From Segetibacter sp. (GTDB lineage Bacteria > Bacteroidota > Bacteroidia > Chitinophagales > Chitinophagaceae): a stretch of 57,183 bases of DNA. Where the stretch lies: contig JANMZN010000514.1 of assembly GCA_031383285.1 (NCBI GenBank), forward strand, positions 1 to 57,183, in the 5' to 3' direction. How positions within the stretch are numbered: position 1 is the first letter of the stretch; each line of letters begins with the position of its first letter. Made by a program: the position numbers and the translations under genes. Under the pieces are notes generated by a model. The model saw only the letters and a program-made list of their open reading frames with translations. It had not been told where the DNA came from and made no database searches. Shown here piece after piece: positions 48,049-57,183 of the stretch.

Positions 48049-49601
48049 TTTAATTCAGCTAATTGTTTGCGATCAATTTTTCCATTGCTATTCTTGGGTA
48101 GGATGGGCAGTATAGCTACAACCCTTGGCACCATATAGGGAGGAAGCAAATTTTTGATATCGGCTAAGATGTTCTTATCGTCCTTATTTGTATCTCCCAA
48201 ACTTACAAAAGCCTTTATTTGTCCCAATTCCGGGGTAAGCTTTTCATACACCACCCCTACTTCGTTTACATAAGTCAAAGAACTGAAAGCAGCTTCCACT
48301 TCTTCCAACTCTATCCGGTATCCCATGTGCTTCACTTGATTGTCAATTCGTCCTTTGAAATGCAGATATCCGTTTGATGCTATTTCTACTAGGTCGCCGG
48401 TTTTATACATTATTTGAGTAAAGCAGCTTTTTTCATTTTGAACAAAAGAAGATGCCGTTCTGCTAAAGTCATTGTAATATCCAAGTCCAACGCAAGGTCC
48501 TAATAACGCTAACTCTCCAATATTTTGGTTATTTTCATCTAATGGCAATATTTCATAACCAAAGTTTGGAGCTATATGTCCAAGTGGAGCCAATTCACTC
48601 ATATTGTCAAAGTCCCTTTCAGAAATAATGTAAGAAGAACAGATACATGTACATTCCGTGGGGCCATATACATTAAAAAGGGTCATTCGATCGCCAAATA
48701 GTTGATATAATTGTTGAAGCTTATTCTTGGGAAATCCTTCGCCACCAAATGACATTCTTTTTACGGTAGTAAAATCACTTTTAGAAAGTGCCCTTGTAGA
48801 TAATAAATAAACAAGCAATGAAGGTACTGAGAACCAAACGGTACACCTGGATTGGTTAATGGCCTCGACAAGCTGCTTAGGCGACTTTGCCAATTCGTGA
48901 CCAATTGGGACTAAGGTTGCTCCATTAAATATTGATATATAAAAATCAAAAACTGAATTGTCAAAATAAACGGGGTTGGCATTAGTGAAAATATCAGTTT
49001 CATTGACACCAAAAGTTTGTCTGCCCCAATCAATGAAATTCAACACATTGCTGTGACTCATTACAGCACCTTTTGGAAAACCCGTAGAACCTGATGTAAA
49101 CATTATATAAGCAGGATCGCTGCCATTCACATTTACCGTCTCATCAAGATTTTGATCTTCAAAATTGTCCACTTCAAGTTTAAATTCCTCATCAAATAAT
49201 TCTATCAATCCTGTACCTGAAAAATGTTCGGCAAGATTTGTTTTAAGTGAAAGCCTCTCCTGATCCAAAAAAATAATTTTTGGTTGGCAGGTATTCAAAA
49301 TTTTATGGAGTCTAGCCCATGGGCTGCTTGTATCAAGGTTGGTGTAGATGGCGCCAATTTTTAAGCAAGCCAACATGAGCGAATACGCGTAGTGTGACTT
49401 CTCATTGAAGACTGCAACAACATCCCCCTTATCAACTGCTTTTTTGAGTAGATAACATGCTATTTTATTGGATAGAATATTTACCTCTCTATAGGTATAC
49501 ATTTCATCTGAAGGATATTTAAAAGCAATGTTATCGCTGAAGGTATCGGCGATTTTATAAAACTTCAATCCTAAATTGTAATGGTAACCTGAACCAGTCA
49601 T
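48045..49601 (-). CDS. Stand-alone amino-acid adenylation domain protein (DltA/NRPS-A-like)
   Basis: A3 AYIMFTSGSTGFPKG, A4 FDNSV, A5 NVYGPTE, A7 YKTGDL, A8 GRIDNQVKHMGYRIELEE, A10 NGKIDR. Confidence 0.88.
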   Translation of the reverse strand: MTGSGYHYNLGLKFYKIADTFSDNIAFKYPSDEMYTYREVNILSNKIACYLLKKAVDKGDVVAVFNEKSHYAYSLMLACLKIGAIYTNLDTSSPWARLHKILNTCQPKIIFLDQERLSLKTNLAEHFSGTGLIELFDEEFKLEVDNFEDQNLDETVNVNGSDPAYIMFTSGSTGFPKGAVMSHSNVLNFIDWGRQTFGVNETDIFTNANPVYFDNSVFDFYISIFNGATLVPIGHELAKSPKQLVEAINQSRCTVWFSVPSLLVYLLSTRALSKSDFTTVKRMSFGGEGFPKNKLQQLYQLFGDRMTLFNVYGPTECTCICSSYIISERDFDNMSELAPLGHIAPNFGYEILPLDENNQNIGELALLGPCVGLGYYNDFSRTASSFVQNEKSCFTQIMYKTGDLVEIASNGYLHFKGRIDNQVKHMGYRIELEEVEAAFSSLTYVNEVGVVYEKLTPELGQIKAFVSLGDTNKDDKNILADIKNLLPPYMVPRVVAILPILPKNSNGKIDRKQLAELK

Positions 49602-49603
49602 TG

Positions 49604-50350
49604 TCAAATATTTAATCCCCCATCAAGAGAAAGAACTTTACCATTATAATACTCATTTTGAATAATAAATTCTACAGCGGATAGCAGTTCCTGCATTTCG
49701 CCTAACCTTCCGATAGGTACATTTTTTTGCCACTTTGCTAACATACTATCACTTAGAGTGTCTTTGTTGCTTGGTGTATCAAAAAAACCAGGGGCTATAC
49801 AGGCACACCTGATTTTGAACATACCCAATTCTTTGCTCCATGTTTTGGTGAGTGCTTCAACGGCGGCTTTGGTAGCGGCATAAGCAGATTGTCCAACGTT
49901 ACCCTTTGCGGCTATTGAGCTAATATTAATAATTACCCCTTTCTGCCGGGAAGAAACCATTTTTTCAACTACATTGGATGTTACATAAAAAACGCCATTC
50001 AGATTGATATCAATTACTTTTTTCCAATTGGATATACTATGCTTTTTATCGGGTCTAGATAGCAAGTTAATCAAGGGCTCACTATGTATGATTCCGGCGT
50101 TGTTAAGGCAAACGTTGACACCACCATCGTTTTCAAATATTGAAGCAATAAGTCTTTCTACAGCATTAGAGTCAGTTACATCACATTTATGACTAACCAA
50201 TTTTTGATGGCTAGGTAATGCTTCCAATAATTCCTGGTTATTATCCACCACAATTACTTTTTCAACACGCTGAAGCAACCCTTGGGCTATATAATTGCCA
50301 ATACCTTTACCTCCGCCTGTTATAAGAACTTTAGCGCTTGACAGTTCCAT
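49604..50350 (-). CDS. SDR oxidoreductase (3-oxoacyl-ACP reductase FabG-like)
   Basis: TGGGKGIG, NNAGI, NISS, GQSAYAATK, IAPGF, LDGGL. Confidence 0.88.
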   Translation of the reverse strand: MELSSAKVLITGGGKGIGNYIAQGLLQRVEKVIVVDNNQELLEALPSHQKLVSHKCDVTDSNAVERLIASIFENDGGVNVCLNNAGIIHSEPLINLLSRPDKKHSISNWKKVIDINLNGVFYVTSNVVEKMVSSRQKGVIINISSIAAKGNVGQSAYAATKAAVEALTKTWSKELGMFKIRCACIAPGFFDTPSNKDTLSDSMLAKWQKNVPIGRLGEMQELLSAVEFIIQNEYYNGKVLSLDGGLNI

Positions 50351-50578
50351 TTATACTACTTTTCCTTTGTTAGTTATTACTTTTTTTATATCGCCTACCG
50401 TTTGCATATCTGCAATTTCATCCCCTGTCAATTCAATGCTGTATGCTTCTTCCAATTTGGTTATGAAAAACATGTGTGCCATGGAGTCCCAATTTACATA
50501 ACTCATCAACCTTACCTCGTCACCCATTTCAGCTTCGGTAGCATTGAATGATTCTTTTAGTATTTCGTTTAATTTCAT
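50351..50578 (-). CDS. Acyl/aminoacyl carrier protein
   Basis: 75 aa, acidic, phosphopantetheine site WDSMAH, TVGDI. Confidence 0.88.
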   Translation of the reverse strand: MKLNEILKESFNATEAEMGDEVRLMSYVNWDSMAHMFFITKLEEAYSIELTGDEIADMQTVGDIKKVITNKGKVV

Positions 50579-50590
50579 CCTTATTTTATA

Positions 50591-51304
50591 TTAATTGAGT
50601 GTGTATTTATTCAATAGTTCTTTTGCACTTTCTATATCATTAAACATTAGAACATCTATGATAGAAAGATAAGGAACAAAAGATTGAGCTTTAAATTGTG
50701 GGTAAATGATTTCATCCATATCAATAAATTTCAGACTTAGGCCTTCTTCTTCAAAAACGTCACGGTCATATAAATCAACCCCATTTTTTGGATTGATGTA
50801 AACACCACCTCCTAATAATTTGCAAATCTCTAATACTTTCATTTGACCATTCTGCTCATTAGATCTGTTGTAAGGTAAGGAGGAAGTATATTTAAATGAA
50901 GTTGAAAGTTTCAATAAGTTTGAAACGGCCAGTATGCTGTCTGATGCAAGTTCGCTAATCAAATGATAGTCTTTGGAAAGAAAATTATTTAGCCACTCAA
51001 ACACAAATAAAAAATGAGGTGCTTTTTTATAATTCATTTCAATTGTCTTCAAAAAATCTTTTCTCCATTTACCATAATCCGAAAGCTCAATTTCATTGAT
51101 GAGCTTGTTTTGACTTGCCTTAGTCAATGGAATTGAAAAACGAAAGGGCTTTTGTTGCTGCAATATATTATTGCGGTTAATCCACCCTTTATTTATAAAA
51201 TTTACATCGTCAAAAAAAACAAACGTATTCACTGCATTTACCAGTTGGAAATAGCCGAGGTAAGGAAGAAAATAGGGTTGCATGATAGCCAATTTCATAA
51301 TCAT
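50591..51304 (-). CDS. WbqC family protein
   Basis: AIMQPYFLPYLGYFQL, DDVNF, WINRN, YKKAP, YINP, YPQF, LSIIDVLM. Confidence 0.9.
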   Translation of the reverse strand: MIMKLAIMQPYFLPYLGYFQLVNAVNTFVFFDDVNFINKGWINRNNILQQQKPFRFSIPLTKASQNKLINEIELSDYGKWRKDFLKTIEMNYKKAPHFLFVFEWLNNFLSKDYHLISELASDSILAVSNLLKLSTSFKYTSSLPYNRSNEQNGQMKVLEICKLLGGGVYINPKNGVDLYDRDVFEEEGLSLKFIDMDEIIYPQFKAQSFVPYLSIIDVLMFNDIESAKELLNKYTLN

Positions 51305-52408
51305 TTAATCTTTAATTCTGGCAAAGCACACCGTTTCTTCAGTATGAATGGTAAAGTGGTCGATAAATATTTCATATCCCATGTTTAATCCTAAAATCCA
51401 CTTAGGAATGTTGTATATATCCTCAATGCTATGGTATATTGCAATTGCCAACTTTGGCTTGAATTTTCTTATTGTTTCAATTGCACCGTTTAGTGCACTT
51501 GTTTCAGCTCCCTCAATATCCATTTTAATAAAATCAACCTTTGAGATATTTTTCGAGTTAACCAAATCATCAATTGTAATCGTTGTTGTGCTTCCAGTTT
51601 GTGAATCAAATGGTTGAAAACCAATTCTACTCCCTGGACCATTATCCTTAAAATATATGTTAACCCCGGAAGTATGATAAAGGGGAAGCGGAACTAACTC
51701 TATTAGCTTTTCTAAATGTGGATTGAACGATCTATTTATGTTAAATAATTTAATGTTGTCTGGAATAAATTCAAATGAATACACTTTGCCATGTTCACCA
51801 GTTTTATGAGCAAAATATAGAGCTGTGTCGCCCCAACATGCCCCTCCATCAATTACTACATCGCCTGCTTCAACTTCAACGATAGTTCGATTATTAAATT
51901 TATAAGCATATTGCTCTAAAATAAAGTCTATAGCTATTGCATATCCGGAGAAAAACATTTTGACATCAAAACCAATAGGATTTAAATCAACTTTTTCCAA
52001 GATAATATTCAAGAAGTGAGGATCATAGGTGTCATTTTTGTCCGCCATTGAATTTCCCGTTCCGACGGCATCCCAATATGCTTTGTTATTTCTCTCTAAT
52101 TTTACATGTTTGTATCCTAAAAAATGATAAGCAATAAGCTCAACTAGCAAATGCTTACCTTGACTATTCAGATTTTCATATAATTCTTCCACATTCTGTT
52201 CATGACCATTAATCCAAGTATTAAATTTAATACATTCATAACCAATCGCACGTTTAGTTAGCTCTTTTAAAAAAACAACAGGATCTTGAATAAAAGATTT
52301 AGGCTTTACAAACTTGCCATATCTAAATTCGTCATAATTTTCAACACCAAAATTGTTACGCTTCGACTTTTTTATTTTATTCCTCAACTCAAACCCAAAA
52401 TTACTCAT
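51305..52408 (-). CDS. FkbM family SAM-dependent methyltransferase
   Basis: VIDGGACWGDT, YSFEF, DFIKMDIEGAE, KPKLAIAIYH. Confidence 0.88.
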   Translation of the reverse strand: MSNFGFELRNKIKKSKRNNFGVENYDEFRYGKFVKPKSFIQDPVVFLKELTKRAIGYECIKFNTWINGHEQNVEELYENLNSQGKHLLVELIAYHFLGYKHVKLERNNKAYWDAVGTGNSMADKNDTYDPHFLNIILEKVDLNPIGFDVKMFFSGYAIAIDFILEQYAYKFNNRTIVEVEAGDVVIDGGACWGDTALYFAHKTGEHGKVYSFEFIPDNIKLFNINRSFNPHLEKLIELVPLPLYHTSGVNIYFKDNGPGSRIGFQPFDSQTGSTTTITIDDLVNSKNISKVDFIKMDIEGAETSALNGAIETIRKFKPKLAIAIYHSIEDIYNIPKWILGLNMGYEIFIDHFTIHTEETVCFARIKD

Positions 52409-52473
52409 GACTTATTCTTTATTTATACTTTTTGCAATTGGAAATACTATTAATTGAATGCACGATTGAAAAG

Positions 52474-53550
52474 CTATTTAATATTTTCTTCAATTATTAT
52501 TACAATACGTTCTACTTCGCTTTGGCTTAGTCCATAATAAAGCGGGAGAGACAATACCCTTCGACTTATACTCTCCGATATGGGACACAAAGCTTGGTTT
52601 TGCAGATAAGGAAGGATATTTAATGAAGGGTAAAAATAGCGACGCGTTGATATCCCATTCACAAAAAGTGAATCTTTAACCTTGAGTAATATTTCCTCAC
52701 TATTAAAAATTACCGGATAATATGCATAATTATACTGAAAAATCATAGATGAAAAAGGTTGCTCAATATGTAGGTGGTTAATTAGCTTATTATACATATC
52801 GAACACGCCTCTTCTTGATTCTATAATATTTCCAATTTCCTGAAGATTGCATAGGCCCATGGCTGCGTGAAACTCAGAATTTTTACCATTCAAACCAATT
52901 GAAAAATAGTCATCGCCCCTATGGCCAAAACTTCTATATAATTCCAATTTTTCAAAAACATCTTTATGAGGCGAAACAATGCATCCACCTTCTACAGTAT
53001 GGAAAACCTTAGTAGCATGAAAACTACAGGTTGAAATATCTCCAAAATCTAAGAGCGATTTACCTTTGTAAGTACACCCAAATGCATGGGCGCCATCATA
53101 AATTACTTTAAGATTGTGCTTCAATGCTATTCTTTCAATTTTTTCTACATCACAAGGGAAACCATAAACATGTGTTGCTAAAATAGCTTGTGTGTGTTCA
53201 GTAATTGCAAACTCTATTTTATCTGCATCAATGCAACAGCTATCTTTATCAATATCTACAAATACTGGTGTACATGCTTCCCAAAGTATAGCATTGGTTG
53301 TAGCAACATAAGAAAAAGGAGTCGTGATTATTTCCTTAGTTATGTTCAACGCCTTTATCGCCATTTGCAACACAATAGTTCCATTGCTACAAAACAACAA
53401 GTTTTGAATGTTGAGGTATTCTTTTAACTTGACCTCAAGCTCTTGAACCAATTCTCCATTATTTGTTATCCAGGCATTGTCCCAAGCCCTTTTTAACGTG
53501 GCTGTGTATTTTTCAAAGTCGGGCAAGTATGTTTTAGTTACATTAATCAT
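52474..53550 (-). CDS. DegT/DnrJ/EryC1/StrS sugar aminotransferase (VioA-like)
   Basis: WITNNG, TTPFSYVAT, HVYG, YDGAHAFG, SFHATKVFHTVEGG (PLP lysine), RRYFYP. Confidence 0.9.
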   Translation of the reverse strand: MINVTKTYLPDFEKYTATLKRAWDNAWITNNGELVQELEVKLKEYLNIQNLLFCSNGTIVLQMAIKALNITKEIITTPFSYVATTNAILWEACTPVFVDIDKDSCCIDADKIEFAITEHTQAILATHVYGFPCDVEKIERIALKHNLKVIYDGAHAFGCTYKGKSLLDFGDISTCSFHATKVFHTVEGGCIVSPHKDVFEKLELYRSFGHRGDDYFSIGLNGKNSEFHAAMGLCNLQEIGNIIESRRGVFDMYNKLINHLHIEQPFSSMIFQYNYAYYPVIFNSEEILLKVKDSLFVNGISTRRYFYPSLNILPYLQNQALCPISESISRRVLSLPLYYGLSQSEVERIVIIIEENIK

Positions 53551-53562
53551 TAATATATTTTT

Positions 53563-54849
53563 CTATCCTTTAGCCTTTTCTACTAATTCGTTAATCAATT
53601 TTTTATATAGTGCCAACCGCTGCCCCCCTACCTTTTCTATAGTATATTTCTGCATGATTAAATCATTTGCATTACGCCTTAGCGTTTGCACCAATAATGG
53701 ATTGGAGATCAACATCTCTATCGCTTCAACAAATTCTGATGCAGTATTTGATACCAACAATTCATGCTGATCTACTGCACCTAAACCCTCACACCCAACC
53801 GAAGTAGATATAACAGGTACACCTAAAGAAAATGCATCTAACAACTTAGTTCTTATACCGCTTCCAATCCTCAGCGGTACAATCATTATAGCATTTTGCA
53901 ATGCAGCATTCAGGTCATCTACAAATCCAACAAATTCAATCCCTTTGAATTTTTTAAAATTTGCCTTTGCTCCTTCAGACCAATTTCCAATAACAACCAA
54001 CTTAAGATTATACCTCTTAAAAATCTCTTCCGACATTTCGTTTGAGTACCATTGCAATGCATCATAATTAGGCAAATGATAATGAGGCCCAATAAATACT
54101 AACTTATTAATTGTGTAAGCTTCATCACCAATAACATTCATGGATAAATTACTTATCGGAAATGGAATAGCTTCAATAATTGTATTTTTAATTATTGTTA
54201 TCAATTTCTCCCGATCTTGTAAATTAAAAGTAACCACAGCATCGAACTTGTATAAAAAAGCTGCTTCAATACTCTTTACATAGTTTCTTAAATAATCAGT
54301 GTAAACTACAGTTTGATTCTCCAATTTACAAGCCTGTTCTACACTTGCAAACCGAAGATCATGATGAACCAATACAGATTTAATATTTGATGGAATTACA
54401 TTAACCAGATCAGCATTATCAATAAAATCCACCTGTATTAGATCTGGTTGTTCATTCTGAATTATTGCTAATAATTGATTGATAATTGTAGGCTTTCTTG
54501 GTCTCGTAGGATAAATAAACAAATTGTTGTCAAGGATGGAAGAGGATTTTGGTTGCTTTTTATTTACAACCTTTTGCAAACGCCACTGCAATTGATTTAC
54601 CTTATTTAAAATAGCATTGGCAAAACTATTAGTTGGTTTAGTTTCCAATGCATCTAGAATTTCTATTCTTAATTCAGGCAATACAATATTTAATTGCCTT
54701 GCATCTTCATAAATTCCTGAGTAACTATTTTCTGATACCAAAATTATTTCATTCTTCCTGCACAAATATCTAATAATGCCAAACTGAGCCACTTTCCCCC
54801 CTTCATTTAATGGGTAAGGGAAGATATGAGTGAATAATACAATTTTCAT
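53563..54849 (-). CDS. Glycosyltransferase family 4
   Basis: FPYPLNEGG, PNYDAL, GFVDDL, PLRIGSGIRTKLLDA, STSVGCEG. Confidence 0.88.
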   Translation of the reverse strand: MKIVLFTHIFPYPLNEGGKVAQFGIIRYLCRKNEIILVSENSYSGIYEDARQLNIVLPELRIEILDALETKPTNSFANAILNKVNQLQWRLQKVVNKKQPKSSSILDNNLFIYPTRPRKPTIINQLLAIIQNEQPDLIQVDFIDNADLVNVIPSNIKSVLVHHDLRFASVEQACKLENQTVVYTDYLRNYVKSIEAAFLYKFDAVVTFNLQDREKLITIIKNTIIEAIPFPISNLSMNVIGDEAYTINKLVFIGPHYHLPNYDALQWYSNEMSEEIFKRYNLKLVVIGNWSEGAKANFKKFKGIEFVGFVDDLNAALQNAIMIVPLRIGSGIRTKLLDAFSLGVPVISTSVGCEGLGAVDQHELLVSNTASEFVEAIEMLISNPLLVQTLRRNANDLIMQKYTIEKVGGQRLALYKKLINELVEKAKG

Positions 54850-54857
54850 TTCAAACT

Positions 54858-55766
54858 TTATAAGAAAGCACCTTTTGTTTTAGAAATTTTTCTTGCTTTA
54901 GATATTTTTCTCAACTGCCAGATAATATCCCAACACAATCCAAAATGGTATGCAAACATCTTAAAGCGCCTAAAAAGAAGATGTGAGGTTAAATCATCAA
55001 AACGACGTTTTAAAAATATCAATGTATTGCTTCGCAATGAACCGCCAATACTTTTTACATCTGAAAAATAGATAGTTAACATTCGTTTTCTATTTTTCAA
55101 TATTTCAGTCCACGATAAAATTTTGCTGTCGTGCCAAATTTTGACTGAAGGAACAATTCCAATTTTAAACCCAAAATATTGCGCCCTTTGTATATAATCT
55201 GTGTCTTCGCCATAATGCGGATAAAGTGGGTCAAATCCACCCACAGCTAATAAACATTTTTTACTAATTAGCCAAGCTGCTGCATTTACAAAAGTGGTTT
55301 CATAAATTGGCAACAACTTATTCATGATGAAATCTGAAACCAAACCGGGGCAAACATTTGGTTGTATGTACTCAATGAATTTGTATTCCAAAGCTGTATT
55401 ATCACCATTAATGTGAAAAGGGCTTACAATACCATATGCTTCATTTGACTGAGTTATTTTAACCAAGTTCTCTATTGAATTTTTATCGACCCATGCATCC
55501 TGATTGAGCAAAAAAATAAAATCTGCATTTTGCTGAACAGCGATTCTTAAACCAATATTATTCGCCTTACCAAACCCCAGATTACTTCCTGTTTCAATTA
55601 AATTGATTGACTGATATTTTTCTTTGATTATTGAAACAGTTCGATCTGATGAAGCATTATCCACAGCGATTATTTTGACTGGAACTGAGCTCTGCATCAA
55701 ACTTGATAAGCACTTCTCAATCCATTTTTCTCCATTCCATGTAACTACAATTGCAAAGATCTTCAT
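54858..55766 (-). CDS. Glycosyltransferase family 2
   Basis: IVVTWN, VDNASSD, NLGFGKANN, LLNQD, GGFD, YGED. Confidence 0.9.
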   Translation of the reverse strand: MKIFAIVVTWNGEKWIEKCLSSLMQSSVPVKIIAVDNASSDRTVSIIKEKYQSINLIETGSNLGFGKANNIGLRIAVQQNADFIFLLNQDAWVDKNSIENLVKITQSNEAYGIVSPFHINGDNTALEYKFIEYIQPNVCPGLVSDFIMNKLLPIYETTFVNAAAWLISKKCLLAVGGFDPLYPHYGEDTDYIQRAQYFGFKIGIVPSVKIWHDSKILSWTEILKNRKRMLTIYFSDVKSIGGSLRSNTLIFLKRRFDDLTSHLLFRRFKMFAYHFGLCWDIIWQLRKISKARKISKTKGAFL

Positions 55767-55770
55767 TGCG

Positions 55771-56760
55771 CTAGGATGCCTGATATTTTAGTTCAAAAAA
55801 ATTGATTAATTGAGTTTTTGTTTCCTGGTAATTGTAAGTAGATGCCAGCTTATAGCCTTCCTCTCTTACCCGTTTCAACTCTTCTTGCTTTGCATCAAAG
55901 TTGTCAATTAAATCAAAAACAAAATTACTCAATCGGTATGCTTCATTATTTGGAAAAACAAATGCATTTTTTCCATTTACCATATAGTCTCGGGGACCAA
56001 ATCCTTCATAACAAATACTGATGCATCCTGCAGACATAGCTTCTACACAGGATGCATTAAAAGACTCGAATGTATTAGTGGCAATAAAAAAAGTCGCCTC
56101 TTGCATTAGCTTGGCAACATCCTTGTGTGTCTTACCCTTCAATTCAATCAACTTCCATTTCGACTTAAATATTCCAGTTACCCCTTTAGGATTTACTTTT
56201 TCAAGCTTGTCGCTTATTACTCTCCTAACAATTCCAAAATCCTGCTGATAGAATTTTGGGAAGATGAGGATGCTCTTACTTCTTTCATGTAAGTTGTTCT
56301 CGTCCTTTATAAAATAAGGCGCAATGAAAGGCCGTACCATATCCGCTTTCAAACTAGTGAATTGCTCAATGATTGGCATCATATGAGGCATGATACCTAT
56401 AGCACTTTCAAAACCCAATGATAGATGGGTTTCATTTTCAGGCAACATTTCAAAAAGAAAAGAAGAAGCCTGGACAAACAAAATTTTTCTGCACTTTAAT
56501 TGCTTCAGACCCTTCAAATTGACTTTAACTTCTGGAACTACAACAATGTCTTCAGGATTAATTTTGATTGATTGATCCCAATATAATGTTGGCACCTTTA
56601 CCTCAATCCAGTCTAATCCAAATGGAGCTTTTTCATGCACCAGAAATGCATTATAACCAGCTTCTGAAAGCGCTAGTACATGGTGATAAATTATTCCAAG
56701 GCCCCAACTAGGAGTATTGCTATCTGGAGCTAAATAATATATCTTCCTATTTCTTGACAT
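55771..56760 (-). CDS. GT-B fold glycosyltransferase (GT4-like)
   Basis: DIVVVPE and the EX7E motif ESFNASCVEAMSAG. Confidence 0.7.
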   Translation of the reverse strand: MSRNRKIYYLAPDSNTPSWGLGIIYHHVLALSEAGYNAFLVHEKAPFGLDWIEVKVPTLYWDQSIKINPEDIVVVPEVKVNLKGLKQLKCRKILFVQASSFLFEMLPENETHLSLGFESAIGIMPHMMPIIEQFTSLKADMVRPFIAPYFIKDENNLHERSKSILIFPKFYQQDFGIVRRVISDKLEKVNPKGVTGIFKSKWKLIELKGKTHKDVAKLMQEATFFIATNTFESFNASCVEAMSAGCISICYEGFGPRDYMVNGKNAFVFPNNEAYRLSNFVFDLIDNFDAKQEELKRVREEGYKLASTYNYQETKTQLINFFELKYQAS

Positions 56761-57183
56761 TCTTAAGAAAAATAGTCTTTACTTTCTTATGGACCCTATA
56801 ACCTATTTGCTTTTTTACACTGTTCAATTCCAATTCATTGCATTGCATTACTTTATAGTCATCGACAAACGCCGGAAATAATTCATGGTAGATAATGCTT
56901 CTCTCCTTTTCAATGAGTTGAAGTTGAGTAGAGCTTACACCCCCAAGAACAAAGTTTGCAACAGTTACATTCACGTAATGATAGCTACAATTGTATTTAC
57001 AAATAGCTTGTACAAAAAATGCCCAATCAGCCGCAATCTTAAAATCCGCTCTGTATAAACCCACTACATTAAACAACTCCTTGCGAATAAGCGTACAAGG
57101 ATGGGGCAACGAATTAATAAAGAAAAATTTAAAGCTAAGTGATTTTGGAAACAGCACTTCTCTAGAATTGGAGACGTCAGACA
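56747..57183 (-). CDS. Glycosyltransferase family 2, C-terminal part; 5' end runs off the window
   Basis: LPHPCTLIRKELF, YRADFKIAADW, GGVSS. The frame stays open to the window edge. Confidence 0.8.
   Translation of the reverse strand, partial: SDVSNSREVLFPKSLSFKFFFINSLPHPCTLIRKELFNVVGLYRADFKIAADWAFFVQAICKYNCSYHYVNVTVANFVLGGVSSTQLQLIEKERSIIYHELFPAFVDDYKVMQCNELELNSVKKQIGYRVHKKVKTIFLKNVKK

Noticed and set aside
48045-50578. Dlt (teichoic acid D-alanylation) operon or a true NRPS cluster
   Set aside because: No dltB/dltD, condensation or thioesterase domains; context is nucleotide-sugar modification.
223-56575. Numerous plus-strand ORFs (e.g. 1381-2040, 19007-19420, 25501-25839) and short nested minus-strand ORFs
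   Set aside because: All lie antisense to or inside well-supported genes and show no recognisable motifs; treated as shadow ORFs.
1-57183. CRISPR arrays, tRNA/rRNA, IS elements, invertible promoters, UpxY/ops antitermination elements
   Set aside because: No spaced direct repeats, RNA-gene signatures, transposase/recombinase ORFs or NusG-like gene were seen; such elements could lie outside the window.

Overview
AT-rich bacterial DNA, most likely Bacteroidota (inferred from a TAnnTTTG-type promoter, the ugd/uxs/wcaJ/rml layout and an exosortase). The whole 57 kb is one co-directional, minus-strand surface-polysaccharide region of about 55 genes, open at both window edges. In transcription order (high to low coordinates): (i) 57183-28928, a glycosyltransferase-rich block with a sugar aminotransferase, an FkbM methyltransferase, a WbqC protein, an ACP / ketoreductase / stand-alone adenylation-domain / acetyltransferase / formyltransferase module, two further methyltransferases, a Wzy-like protein, an exosortase and WcaF/WcaE-like genes; (ii) a lone gpsA-like gene; (iii) 27569-6303, an apparently self-contained operon for a SULFATED Wzx/Wzy polysaccharide: wza, cysQ-cysC-cysD-cysN (PAPS supply, no cysH), wza, wzc, wzx, four sulfotransferases, a clan GH-A lipoprotein, wzy, two GT4s, a heparinase II/III-family protein and an AlgD-like GDP-mannose dehydrogenase; (iv) rmlB-rmlC-rmlA (no rmlD), wcaJ, ugd and UDP-glucuronate decarboxylase. 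The best candidates for undescribed biology are the sulfated, uronic-acid-containing (glycosaminoglycan-like) polysaccharide operon and the NRPS-like sugar-acylation module. No RNA genes, CRISPR arrays or mobile elements were seen. All calls come from motif recognition by eye; no searches were run.
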